Shown piece after piece: positions 27,097 to 44,438 of a stretch of 64,000 nt of DNA. The stretch is from NCBI RefSeq assembly GCF_963853765.1, contig NC_088855.1, positions 41,726,001-41,790,000 of the forward strand, read 5' to 3'. A model generated the notes under the pieces. It saw nothing but the letters and a program-made list of their open reading frames with translations. It searched no databases and was not told the DNA's origin. The translations under genes and the position numbers were made by a program. Numbering within the stretch: the stretch's first letter is position 1; each line of letters starts with the position of its first letter. This stretch comes from Magallana gigas. Taxonomy: Eukaryota.

Positions 27097-30000
27097 ATGG
27101 CATTAAATAAGTACATGCATCCAAGAAACCTATACAAAGACAAGGCACCAAACTTTAAAACACTTGCAGAGAAATATCCAGACTTTGCAAAATGTGTTTT
27201 CAAAGACTTAAAGGGGAAATGTCACCTGGACTACAAGAGCCCTACTTCTCTGAGACAGTTGGCCATTGCTCTCCTTAAAGAGGACTTTGATCTGGAGGTT
27301 GAGATGCCACTTAATAGGCTTATTCCAACGATTCCACTAAGACTAAACTATATTTTGTGGATAGAAGATATTTTGAAGGACCTTACTGATGTCGGAGGAA
27401 AAGGCATAGATATAGGTTTGTAGAACTTATTGACAAGCTATAGATTCTGACTTTGATTTTTATTACCTGGTAATGAAAATGGACTTGTCTCACCATACAA
27501 TCAGGACATCACTTTACCTTTTCCATCAATAAAAAACTTGACGGAAAAGGCAGAGTAATGTTCCTGTTGAACCATTACATGCATGATTTCCCATGAATTT
27601 CATAATTCATCTACATTATTTTTCTTTAATGTTACAGTAAGATATGAGAGATTAGATTTATAATTTATTTTGTTAACCATACCTTTTAGATTAGTCTTGA
27701 AGGAACAGGGAACATATACCACATTGGCACTAAAGTTAGAATCTTCATGAGAAATCTCTATTCTTATGTACCGGGTATGTAATCTGACTGTCTATCATTG
27801 TTTTTGTAGGCACTGGTGCTACTTGTGTTTATCCATTACTTGGCTGTAAGAAAAATAACTGGGAATTTCTAGCATCAGAAGTAGATGAAACAAATTTTAC
27901 CATCGCAGAGAAAAACATTCAAAAGAACAATATGCAGGAAAAAATTAAAGGTAATATCTATTTTCAAAAAAGTAATATGCAAAGTTTTACATGCTTCTCA
28001 TTTCTGAATGTTGATGCACATGGTACTTATTTTCTTTTACAGTCAAAAAAGTTTCAGGTAAAACAGCTCTTTTGGAACTGCTAGAGGGCAACTCTGATCA
28101 GTTTGACTTCTGCATGTGTAATCCTCCATTCTTTGCTGATCACATGGATGCTCAGGCAATTATGTCCTCTCGGTCAGATGAAAGACCGGAGCCTTCTTCC
28201 ATCAACACAGCTAGTGTGGGGGAGAGCATCACAGAGGGAGGGGAGGCAGAGTTTATCAAAAAAATCATTGTAGAGTCTGTAGATCTTCAAGGGAGAATTA
28301 AGTAAGGTTCTAAAAATTAAAATGTAAGCTTCAATCATCAAAGAAAAATGAAATACGCTTTAATTGAGAATTAATAAGATTAAGAATCTGTTTAGTTGAT
28401 ACTTCATTTGCACAAACAAGACAATATGACTCTTTTGACTTATTATCCACTATGTACATGTACTAGTCTCTTATTAAGCATCATCTTAAAAATTCAATTC
28501 TTAAATAAAATCCAGAAAATATCCTGTTTGTTGGTAAATATTTCAGTTTGTAGAACCAATGATATTGTGTGTGTGTGTGTGTATATATATATAAAGAATG
28601 TATACACATGGAATTGATTCCATTTATTTGTGTATTGTAGAATTTTCACTAGTATGATTGGGAAAAAGACCAACATACCTCTAGTGAAAAAGGAGCTTAG
28701 AGATCATAAGGTAATGCATTGTACATGTAAATATGTAGCAATAGGCATTGGGGTGAAAGACTCCAATACCACAGGAGAAGAAACTACCAATATTAGTATT
28801 TCAGAAGTTATAATGATTTTCTGAAGAGGTGTAAGAGAATAAGGAGTAAGAGGGTTTGTTTTTTTTTTGCTCCATGTGTCCTTAGTTTAAAGCTGATATT
28901 AAAGTGGGGGTCTTTCTTCTCAAAAAAAAATTTGTTTGATAGCTTACAAGTGTGATATGCATACAAATTTATTACTTTTAAGATTGGATGCCAAATATAT
29001 AATGCAAAAACACTTCATATACTGGTAATTTTCTGTAAAATAATCTTTTAATGTTGATAAGAATAGAATTTAATAATTATGAAAATTACACCTATGCATA
29101 TTTCAAACTGCCATGCACAAATAAATCTATAATTTGTGTGTACATGTATGTTGTAGAATAGTATCCAAATGATATGCACAAATAGATCTATAATTTGCAT
29201 GCATTTTGTAGAATTTTATCTAAATTTTGTCCAAATTCTGTTTGTTGTAGATTCCAAATTACCAAACAACAGAGTTTTGTCAGGGAAAGACCATGCGGTG
29301 GGGGATTGCCTGGACCTTTGACACGAGTGTTATATTTCCTGTAGGTATCCTTCATATGTCATTTAGTGCCATATTTGTAAATTGGGTTCTCTAATCAATA
29401 ATATCTAGTATTTGGCATTGGTTTCTGACATTGGATATTAATTATTATTCAGTATTACCGGTACATGTACTAGTATATCCATGAAAAAAGGTGGTTTGGA
29501 GAGGGGTTGTTGTTGGAATTTAAGAATAAATTTCCGCTGTACTGTTGTGTCATAGCTACAAATAATGAGGTTATCGTCAGTACACTTAGTTTCTGTTGTT
29601 TAAGAGGTCATTGTTTCAAGAAACAAAGAAAAGCAGGAAGCTGTCCTTGCCCCTGACCTTTGAAGTTCCACAGTCTGCGGTCTCTATGTATGATGTGGAC
29701 CATGTGGCTAACAAAGTGATGGAGATGCTTAAAGTTCTACAGGTATGTGTACACATGTAAGGAAGACTCTATAGACACACTGAAGCATAAGTATGCAGTG
29801 GTTCATTGAATAGTTGCTTATTCTTTTGAGAATTGTGTTTTAAAAATTGAAGGAATCCAAATAGAATCTCAGGAGAATTTAAAAAGAAGGTGTTATTATT
29901 TCATGACATGTTCTTATTTATCTTAACACTGCCAAAAATCAGTATCATAAATACTTGGAAAAGTAATTTGATCCTAGCTTGACATTAGTGAAACATGTTA

Positions 30001-30631
30001 CCAGTATTTGAAAAATTTGGCATACCAGTACTGATAATTTGAAAATAAATCATTTGTTTTATAGATTGAGAATTTAAAGTCCGTTGACAGCAAAACAAAA
30101 ACTGTTCATTTAAAGCTAACAGCTTTTAAGAACACTTGGTCACATCAACGGCGAAAACGTCGTGAAATGAAGCGGCGTGGGGAGGAGCAGACATCCGAGG
30201 GTACAGAGGTGAAAAAACTGAAGGTCACAGAGAATTTCACAGAAAGAGAAAAGTCTGACAAGCAACTGGAAAATTCTTGTGAAAAATGCCAGGAAAGTCC
30301 ATGTAATCAAGGTGAAAGGGAAGTAACATCTGTCTCAGATTTTAATGATGATCAGACATTCAAAGGAAAGAAAATTGAAGAGAAAGTCAATAAATCTGGA
30401 GATGGTGAGAAGGCAGCTAACCAAGGAGCATCATCTTCAAAAGACAACGTGGTGCCATGTGTGACCGGTGACTCTCTGTCTGAAGAAGACAAGGACCAGT
30501 TCCTTGTTAAGTGTGACATGTTTATTAAAATAGCAGCAGATTCCATCAGTTTGGAAATGGTGTATAGGGAGGGGCAGAAAGACCAGATGCATCAAATTCT
30601 GCAATACTTAAAGAATCACATCACTGATTAA
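27097..30631 (+). CDS. METTL16: U6 snRNA / MAT2A m6A methyltransferase, 527 aa
   Basis: Exons 27097-27415, 27810-27950, 28043-28301, 28641-28710, 29251-29340, 29605-29742, 30065-30631 (1584 nt). MALNKYMHPRNLYK..PLRLNYILWIED..GIDIGTGATCVYPLL..FCMCNPPFF..TEFCQGKTMRWGIAWTF..NTWSHQRRKRRE..LQYLKNHITD*. Probable non-coding first exon ends at 26478. Confidence 0.96.
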
Positions 30632-31024
30632 TTGTTGCACGTTATCATAATTATAGAAAATAAATGTGAATGGTTTGAGAATAGTTCTGTTTATTGGTTC
30701 TTGGTTCAAGATAGTTATGTTCTTTCTAAGATTCATTTCTACAAATACATGTATCTACTACCAGAAATGTTTTTTACTTGTGATAAAGTGTCTAAATCAT
30801 ATTTGAGAAAATGATGTTTAGGTTTGGTATTAAAAAACAAGATTCCCTATAATTCTTAATTAAGAATTTGCAGTCTTCATATGTTATTACACACATGGAT
30901 TGCAAATTGGAGCAAAGTATTAGATAGAATTTGAATTCATTTGATGAGTTAGATGTCATTTAGATGTATACAACCATCTCAAAGGTCCCTTCTTTTAGTG
31001 AAGAGCATTTCATTTCAAAACTTT

Positions 31025-31739
31025 TAGGGCCCGTTCAGCAAGTGCCCTTTAGTGATCTTGGTCTGTTCGCCCGAGATTATGTCCAGAGAATATTTTCTCT
31101 CTCCTTGCCCCAGTCTGGCTCATAATTCACCCAGAGAGTGCCTTGGGTAAATGGGTGTGCAGTGATCTTGAAACAAGTTTCTAGGTCTTAGGTAAAGGTC
31201 ATAACAATATCATATGGAATATCCTTGTGCAAATCATATACATGCACCTGTATTCTCACCCCTTGGTCCAATCTGGCTTATAATTCGAACACAGGGTGCC
31301 TATGGTTAAAGGGTGTGCACTGATCTTTAATGAAGTTTGTAGATCAAGGGCCAAGTTCATATCAGACAACACAAAACAAAATTCTTTTCAGAACATATCT
31401 TCTCTCCCCTTAGCCCTATCAGGCTCAAACTTCACATAAATGGAGCTTTTCAGTAAAGGTTGTGACCTTGAACCAAGTATCAAAGCCAAATGTGAAGGTC
31501 ATAGCTGACCTCTTTAAAATCCAGTTTTAAACCATAATTAAATTATTAACCAAAGACTTAATCTTGTTCAGAACAAAACCAAACGAAAACCTTTAGGTAA
31601 GGGTAATGAGCTTGAATTAAAGTTCAATGCCAACTAGTCGTAGGTAAATCAAAGCAAGTCTTCTGAAATGCTTTTTATCCTAACTTCCATTATTTAGTCA
31701 GGGCCCTTTGAAATGCTCACCATCTCAACTTTGTCTAGT
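31025..31739 (-). mobile_element. HINE-like element, family copy 2
   Basis: Same core units and terminal GGGCCCTTTGAAATGCTCACCATCTCAAC as 4131-5119. Confidence 0.6.
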
Positions 31740-31755
31740 AATAGATCCCTGTTTT

Positions 31756-32330
31756 GTGGATGCCCTATCATGATATCTGTCCATCCGAGATCAATTGTCC
31801 AGAGCATGTTTTCTATCTCCTTGGCCCAATCTGGCTTATATTTCACGCACTAAGTGCCTTTTGATAGAAGGGTGTGCAGTGATCTTGAGCCAAGTTTCTA
31901 GATCTAAGGTTATGATCACAGCAGAATTTGTCTGAATCATATATTCATGCTCATAGATCCAATCTGATTCATACTTTACCCAGAGAGCCTTACGTCAAAA
32001 GATGTGTGCAGTGACCTTGAACAAAGGTTCAAGGAGGTTCAAGGTCAAATCAGACCACGTTAAAATAAAAATCTTTGTCCAGAGCATAGATTCTTTCCCC
32101 TTAGTTTTATTTGGCTCATACTTCAACAGATGTTTGAAGAGACCTTGAACTATGTTTCTAGGTCAAATGTGAAGGTCATAGCTGATATGTACAAAACTCA
32201 GTTTTGGACCATAAATTCATTCCCACTGGCTCAATAATGCTCATATTAAACCAAATAAATGCCCAAAGGTTTGCAATGAGCTTTAAAAATAAAGTTCTAT
32301 TCCAAATGAAAAATTTATAAGTCATCGTAT
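31756..32330 (-). mobile_element. HINE-like element, family copy 3 (truncated, tandem to copy 2)
   Basis: CTGTCCATCCGAGAT..CTCCTTGGCCCAATCTGGCTT..GTGCAGTGATCTTGAGCC matches copy 1; boundaries approximate. Confidence 0.55.
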
Positions 32331-32714
32331 GACAAAGAGGAGATAATTATATCCTATAAATGAATAGTCAGACAGACTGATCACTGCAGGATTACCACAG
32401 AATGGGATGGTAATTATGAGTAACAATAGTAGGTATAAGCCCTGATTTATTGCCCTTGGAAATCTTATTTATAGGATTTAAAGGAAGTACATGTAAAAGC
32501 CAGCGTGTCATTGCTTCTCTTTAACAATAAAAAGATTTCAATCTACCATTAACAAACATGAACTTAAATTGCACAAGTTGCATCTTGGCCTAAAAATAAA
32601 ACAAAGCCAACCAGGTTTATTTTTTCCATTTGTAATCTTAAAAACTTAATAGCACTGATTCCACTGAATGATAAAAACATCTAAGAAATTATGACTAAAA
32701 TTTGGTTCATTAGA

Positions 32715-35700
32715 TTAGCTTGGCACATTTTTATATAATTGTCCCTCAGCTTCAGCATTCAGAAATCCTATAACACATTCCAGGAACTCAAATGGATTGT
32801 CTGAGTGCACCCAGTGACCTGCCCTTGGTATGTGTACAATAAAAGCATTGGGAAAGAGATTCATGATGTCTGGCGTTGTGCTTGGGCTTAAAAAGAAAAA
32901 CATATTCTCTCTTTAAAAAATATCAACAGTTTTGTTTAACATACTTTATAATATAATACATGTACTGTATCAAATGTACCATGTTGAAATTTAAAAAATA
33001 TGTTAATTTTTCTATTCAATACTGTGAAACACATTTTCGGGTTAAAAAGAGGAAAGTAGAAAAGATAAGAGAAAACATTATCCCACCTAATATACTCAGA
33101 CTTCTCTCCACCCACAAACAGGGTAGGTCCCTCATACTTTGTGTCAAACTTGGGAAAACTGGCCAAATCCTGATAATTATTGATAATTGCATCCAGATTC
33201 ACTCTCCATTTCAGCTTTCCATCCACTTGGATAAGGTTTGCTGCCAGAAACTGCCGAACACCCAGGTGCTACAATCAAAGGAAATCAAACAGAAGATTTA
33301 AGATGTCCCACAAACACTTTTGACATGACTGTAAATCAACTTTAATTATAAAGTACTTAATTCTATTTATTGACTGTACAATGTAAAAACAGTTTGCAAC
33401 CATTTTATTTTGCATGTACCAGGAAGGTATGTGAAAATTCATTTATTTTGTTTACTTACAGGGCAAATACTGAACCAGTATATATTTCTCACATTACAGC
33501 TGCATGTGTACTCCGGAGCATAGAGAGAATAAGTAAGTACAGTGTATATATTTCTCAAAGGAATTAAATAGTTTATTTTACCATACAAACATCATTTGCC
33601 TGTGGAAAATGATACCTTCACACACACCCGGTAACCATTTTTCTTCTGAACTTTGCAGCAGTACATACCTCTTCTACCTCCTCCAGTGCCTCTACAACCA
33701 TGTTTCTGGCTTTTGTGAGGGGTACTCCTTCCATCTCTGGTAGTTGTGAACTGATCTTTAACATACATTGTAGGTAACTCGGGAAGTATTTGGCACCGGG
33801 ACTAAGGGTGGGTGAAACATCCACCACAATTAAGCTTGAAACCCTCTCTGGCTGGAAGAAAACTTAAACAATTTATCTGATAATATCTCTATCTCGAAAT
33901 TTAAAAGCATACAAATAGTACCTAAATATTCCATCAAGTGCTTTGGAATAACAATGTAACCCTTATTGCAAATACATGTAGTGAAACTTAGGTACATTAT
34001 GGTCCTGTTCAGGGCACATATAAATTGTACATACATTTGCATTGCTTCAGAAACATTGATGTTTGATAATACAAGTAATAGGAAGATAATGCTAATAAAG
34101 ATAAAAGATGTGTGCATTACATGTAGCAGTGCTGTTGTCATGAAAGCTTTCCCTCCCATACTGTGGCCCATCAGACAGGCTTTCTCGATCTTCATGTTAT
34201 CCATCACCTTCAGCACATCATAGGACATTGCTTCATAAGACATATCTTCACTGTGTGGGCTATTACCATGATTACGAGCATCTAATCTTATTATCTGAGA
34301 AAGAGAAAAAGTTTATTTCATTTACTATGTGGTAATATTTGCATCTCCAAATCAATACTTCATCTATTTCACTGAAAAAATAACAGTTGTTAAAAAAAGA
34401 GGGAACTACTTAAATTTCAAGGAGGGTTTAAAATACTGGTATTTCCCACTTATTACTGGGATTTCCCTGGAAATACTGGGAAAAAAGCACAACTGCATAC
34501 TACATACTTTTAATCAAATCTGTTGGAATGAACACAGAAGTACACCTTATAGACAAAGACATTTAGTCATTGTTCTTGAATTTAACAGGTTTTGGCTACC
34601 CAGTAATGCATTGGGCATCTACTTATAAATAATTACAAAATTTTTGATTTCCAGTAATTAGAAAACAGTTTAGAAAACAATCAGTAGTATTTCCCGGGAC
34701 AGGATCAAAATGCCAGTATTTACCACTGGTATTTTCCGAGAGGGGTATTTTCTGGCCAATGGTACCTTTCTATCAGTGTTTGCCAGCACCTTGGATATGG
34801 TGGCCCAGTTCGAAGAAGAACCCATTAACCCATGCATTATGATCAATGGGGGGAGGACATCGTAATCATTGGGTGTTTCTTGGTAGTCATATGCAAGATT
34901 AACAGCAGAAACTTTGGATGATCTGAAAAAAAAAGGTGAATACGCCATTACTTTTTCATATAGTTAATTACATGTACATTCATAATGTATTTTGTGTTCA
35001 CAATTTTACCAATAAGAGAAGGACCTCAGCTGGTACAAAGAGCCATTGTTTGAATAGATTAACTGGACAAGGGATGATAAGTCTAACTTTTGATATACCA
35101 AAACGAAATTTGTCGTTGATTGTGAATAAGTATTTTGCACCTTGTATTTAACTGTAATTTGATTCATATTTATATAATATATATCTAAGCTAAATTAAAT
35201 ACATTTTGGCATGTGATATCCTCTTAATGTAGTTAAAGGTGTTCAAGACATTTCGTGCATGCATTTTATTCCATGAAAGAGATCAATTTTGAAAATCTTA
35301 AAACAGTAGTTAAAGTTTGGGTCTTCGAATCTATGCTAGATTTGTATTTTTAATTTTGTATGTAATTTAGGATTTTTTCCCCGTTCTTGGCTCCTGACGA
35401 TCTTTGATGAAGTACGAACTGAGTGATGACTCGAAAAATATCCTATCGCAAAATAACAAATCTAAATTGTTTCAGTTTGTTGTGTTGTAAGATCCAATGA
35501 CTATAAAATTTATACTCTTAGTTAGAAAAAAAAGTCATATTGAACGAACTGAAATAATAATATTATGATATTATCATGTCAAGGGTCTCATTACTAAATA
35601 AAATATCATGTCTTCAATGTAAATTATGTTATCATTTTCATAAAGTTTACATTATACACTATTTATTTTAATTTAACACACATTCAATGATTCATGCAGT

Positions 35701-35835
35701 GACATTGTAAATGTTGTATATGATATATGTAAATTATTACCCTACATTCTGTATGTTACGGGAAAGATTTAAAAACAAACATTTTCTGCAAATGCTTGTT
35801 TGACCTAGAATTCGTTTAACCACAACTCCGGACAT
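32715..35835 (-). CDS. ABHD11: Alpha/beta-hydrolase domain-containing protein 11, ~318 aa
   Basis: Exons 35835-35805, 35082-35025, 34922-34766, 34294-34121, 33851-33669, 33268-33087, 32886-32715 (957 nt). PPLIIMHGLMGSSSNW..DARNHGNSPH..GHSMGGK..VVDVSP..WRVNLDAI..IPRAGHWVHSDNP. The two 5'-most exons have weak donors (gtcaaa, gtcctt) and are less certain. Confidence 0.9.
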
Positions 35836-36027
35836 ATCGGTTCCTCAAGGTTGGTCAGTTTACACCCTACTGATGTTAGTGTCCTCCTTACGCAACACCG
35901 GAAAACGTTTTATTGACCAAGACCGATAACAAATCATGCGCAAAGCGTACATCACGCCTCATATCCGGTTTGAGATTTTGTTGGAACTTCCGAGTTAATA
36001 AATTTGGGCTAAGAAAGCTCAACAAAT
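35836..36027. promoter_or_regulatory. Compact bidirectional promoter between ABHD11 and RAB35
   Basis: Only 192 bp between the two predicted start codons; CpG-retaining; ETS-like ACCGGAA (35897-35903), TCATATCCGGTTT (35959-35971) and ACTTCCG (~35985). Confidence 0.6.
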
Positions 36028-40352
<4,325 letters not shown>

Positions 40353-41531
40353 ATGCACGTAATTTAGGATGTGAACATTTATTTTCAATACATGTGAAGT
40401 GCACTGATGGTGCCAGGAACATAGCAATACATGATGCGGGATTCATGATACTAAATGGTAGAGTAATTAGTATTCCTCGTTGTTCATTTGTACTAAATGA
40501 GAAATGTGTTGCTCACACTGTCAGGTTACTTTAAAACAGGTTTGGCTTTTATCCTCCGAGGAATTTTACGACTCTTTTGACACAATTTTTTTTTTTTATG
40601 GAAATATACAACAATTTATTGTATTGTTAAATCTGTTGATATGCTTCTTGTTTGTTACTCCCTGAGTTTTCCCCAAAAAACAGTCATAATTATAAATGAT
40701 GTTTTGTTAATGTGTGTTTCATGTCTTCATATTGATAATTTTTGGTGCACATACAGCATAGTATGGAAATAGACGTGTAAACAGTGAAAGATGTAGGATA
40801 TTAGTATAATAATTTACTTGTAGATAAAACACATTGCATTCCTAAATTTTTATTTTTTTAGATCAAAGCTATTTCCCCTGTGCACATTCAAATTAAGATT
40901 TATTTTTTTATTTGCACAACAATCCCCACTTTCAATTATTATTTCACCATTTATCTCTGCAAGTCTTGTTTCAACTTTCAAAGCTGTACATCTTAAGAAG
41001 CTATGTAAAAGAATCATGCATGTTTGATAACCTTATGCTGCATCTAATGCTTGTTTGCAAGCATATCAGAACTGATTTACAGTTGCGGTGCCACAAGCCA
41101 ATTTTGAGTACATACATGCAACTCTTATCAACTAGAAAATTTTTATAGGGGTCTTTTAACATTGAAATGTTCAGGTTTTCAAAGTGCATTTGTTATAAAA
41201 ATACATGTAATTGATACACAATGTCTCGCATTTCCACTCTGCAAGATATTATAATATTTCTAGGAAAGATAAAATTTAGAAGTGTATGCATTTTTTGTAT
41301 ACAATGTTTTGAAAAATAATTTAATTTGTACCCAAACATTCTTCCCATCAATATGAGAATGCTATCTTGTGACATACAGAGTCAAATTGTGAAAAATATG
41401 GCAGTCTACAAATTATTGTATCATTAATTACCAGAATAGTGTGTTGGAGTTTAAATGTGTAAGTTGATTGTTTAGGGTCATTCATTTTATTCATGCTAAG
41501 ATGCTGCATGTAATTGTGTCAGTTTCAAATG

Positions 41532-41665
41532 GATGTAACAGAATACAGTTCTGATAGGATGTGTAACTCCCCCCCTTATCATAGTATCACAATGCAGATG
41601 TAACAGAATACAGTTCTGATAGGATGTGTAACTCCCCCCCTTATCATGGTATCACAATGCAGATG
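41532..41665. repeat. 65-bp tandem duplication downstream of RAB35
   Basis: GATGTAACAGAATACAGTTCTGATAGGATGTGTAACTCCCCCCCTTATCAT(A/G)GTATCACAATGCA at 41532 and 41597; one mismatch. Confidence 0.9.
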
Positions 41666-42627
41666 CTTCCCTTTGTATGTTGTTTAATTGCATTTGATAT
41701 TGCCAAACTTTGTGTGCAATTGTTTGACTTAATATTTTTTTACTTTTTTTTAAAATTTTCTTTGCATAACATTTGTTTAAAAATACATGTTTCACTGAAT
41801 CATGTGAACAAGGGTTTAACTGCAATGTAGAAACACGAGCATGCCATTAATACACTTCAGGCTGTGACATGTAAGATATATGTATTATTTTACTACAATT
41901 AACCATACTTCAATTTTCCTAATCATCATCAACCTCTTTATAATCCAAATATTCTGTTTTTTTCTTTGTATCTGTGAAGCATTTTGTAATACTTAATTGT
42001 ATCAAGAAATCCTGAAATGTTATCAACAAAAATGATGTGCCGTTTCATTGAACGAGACAACAAATTAGATAAATGACAGAAATAAACAATTTTAGATTGT
42101 GTTAATGTCTACAGAAGAATCAATGTCCATGTGAATAGGTAGTTGACTTGCAGTTTGCAGGTGCTTGTACTTGATGGTATTACAAGGTACCAGTGTAGTA
42201 TTTATTGTTATAGACTGTGTAAACAATTCTTTCTTTGTTATGTATTCATAGATACTAAGGTAATCCATAATGAGTAACATCTAATTGTGATATGATTTAT
42301 TACAATAAAATGTATATATAAAATCATGGATATTCTCAGTTCATACTTTAGTTACAACAAACAATACGGACCCCAAATATTCTTTGCAAGAATGTGCCTG
42401 ACTAAAAATCTGGATTTTAACAGATCAGAAAAGCACCGAGATTATATTGGATGTATGCACAATATATTCCATGGCTTACAGTCCTATAAAATCTTCCATT
42501 GAAGACCTAATGTTCATATGTCAACCTGTCCGATGCGTCTATTCTTTCCAACACTTGGAGTGTATGAAAGGCGAACTGAATTCCATACTACGAATATGAT
42601 GAATGACTAGGCAGTTTTTCAATCATT

Positions 42628-44438
42628 TTAAAATTTTGTCTGGGTGTGACTAGTAACAAAGGTCTTTCGAACGTTTGTTTCATCAATCAGCGTTGTGCTC
42701 CCGCGTCTGGGAACAACCACGTGACTACCGTCATTGTGTGACCGATGCGTTTCACTAACGCCAGTTTTAAAGGCCTCTAGCATGCTTTTCAGGAACCTTG
42801 ATATGTGCTCATACTCTGGGTTGCGCTGCAGTGTTGCGAGGTTAACATTTGGTTTGGCACAAAGCTGTAAACATTTTGTCCAAAGTGCAAAAAGCTTGTA
42901 AGTGTCAGATATCTGAAGACAACGAAGTAACTGGTCATCTTTGACAGACTTCTCCATATTTAATGAGTTGAGAAGAATCTCCTCACATCGCTGCTTCAGA
43001 TTCCATATCTGATACTCCTCTGCTATAGGTAGTATTTGGAAAGCTGTTTGATCTGGAAAATAATAATCTATGGTTAAAAATATGCAACTGCATAGCAACG
43101 TTTTTAGACTGTAAGAAATAGGAACCGTCAGGGTTGGCAATCTTTTTATCTGTTTTCTTGGTTTACAGGCCGGATTTCCTTAAAACAGGACTTGGTGATT
43201 TTGGAACCAAGTGTATTACTTAGCCGTTGTTTGCAACGACATACAAAATGCAACAAGTACGTTCTTGTAGTTGCAAAATGCCATTCATTTGCAGATTTGA
43301 TTGAAAATCTTTTAATTTATGCACTTAATCACTCGAAACAATATAATACTATATAAATAGTGCCTGTTTGGGAGGGTAACAGTTGAAATTGACACCCCGA
43401 GAAAACCATTGTCAACCGACGCGAAGCGGAGGTTGACAATGGTTTTCGAGGGGTGTCAATTTCAACTGTTATCCTCCCAAACAGGCACTATTTATTTTGT
43501 TATACTGAATGTCTTTTTTAAAATTTTTAAGAAAATTTTACTGCTTTTATATAGGAATAACGTGAATTCTACAGCGAACCGTACGCGCATAATTTTCGCG
43601 CATGTAACATTTTTTAATGTTACCTGTTGCCAAGTGCGTTGCTAACGCTGAGGGTAATAGTAAATATTATTAACTGCGTCTTAACCAATCAGATTTCAGT
43701 ATTTAACATGAAAGTATAACAAAAAAACATATCACACACTCATTCACAAATAGCAGACTAAAATTCCGAAGGATTTAAGTCCTTCACCATCCCACCCAAC
43801 CCTTTTTTGTATTTGAATTTAATTTTCAAATGCTAAACATTTGTTTTAAGGACAAAGGATATAAGTTCTCTTTAAGACTTTGCTTTAAAAAAAATGAATA
43901 TTTTTAAAATTTTCTCTGCAGAGAACTTTGAATTTTTTTCTTCTTTACTTTAATATCCATTTTGAAATCAATTGGAACGATTAAATGTAATCGATTATTA
44001 CAAAAACAATGCAAAACAATGCGTCTCTTCGACCTGAGATCTGTAAAAAGTTCACCGTTTACCTGTGACCTTTCGTTGGTAGGCTGGATGTAGGATGTAC
44101 AGGAGTTCGTGGATGGTGTCGTAGGACTTTCCCTGTAGGGGGAATTCCCGCTGGTCCTTCTGTTCCGGGGACGCCAACATCCTGGCGAGCACGGGGGAAG
44201 ACATGCACAGCAAACTCCGAGACGTGTAGAGACGTTTCCCTTCCACGACCAACACAATATCCGAAAATCCATCCTCCTGCACGAAAGGGACAGGATTTTT
44301 CTCCTCGCCCTGGGGACGCGGCTTCTCGAAGTCCCGGCTGCTGCTGACGGCAGACAACTTGTCATCGCTTTGTCTGAGGGACAGAGGGGTCCCCAGGATG
44401 CCTTTTCTAGCGGGCATGGCTGCGCTTACACTACTCAT
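42628..44438 (-). CDS. BTB/POZ-domain protein (BTB plus BACK-like helices), ~266 aa
   Basis: Exons 44438-44063 and 43052-42628 (phase 1). FSDIVLVVEGKRLYTSRSLLCMSSPVLARML..LQGKSYDTIHELLYILHP..DQTAFQILPIAEEYQIWNLKQRCEEILL. Confidence 0.8.
43353..43495. repeat. 143-bp near-perfect palindrome with central CGCGAAGCG, in the BTB gene intron
   Basis: ATAAATAGTGCCTGTTTGGGAGGGTAACAGTTGAAATTGACACCCC..AAAACCATTGTCAACC / GGTTGACAATGGTTTT..GGGGTGTCAATTTCAACTGTTATCCTCCCAAACAGGCACTATTTAT; followed by a segment bounded by GTTATACT..AGTATAAC (~43499-43720). Confidence 0.92.

Noticed and set aside
29345-29352. U12-type donor GTATCCTT in METTL16 intron 5
   Set aside because: Using it shifts the frame and no TCCTTAAC branch point precedes the acceptor; the U2 donor at 29341 keeps the frame.
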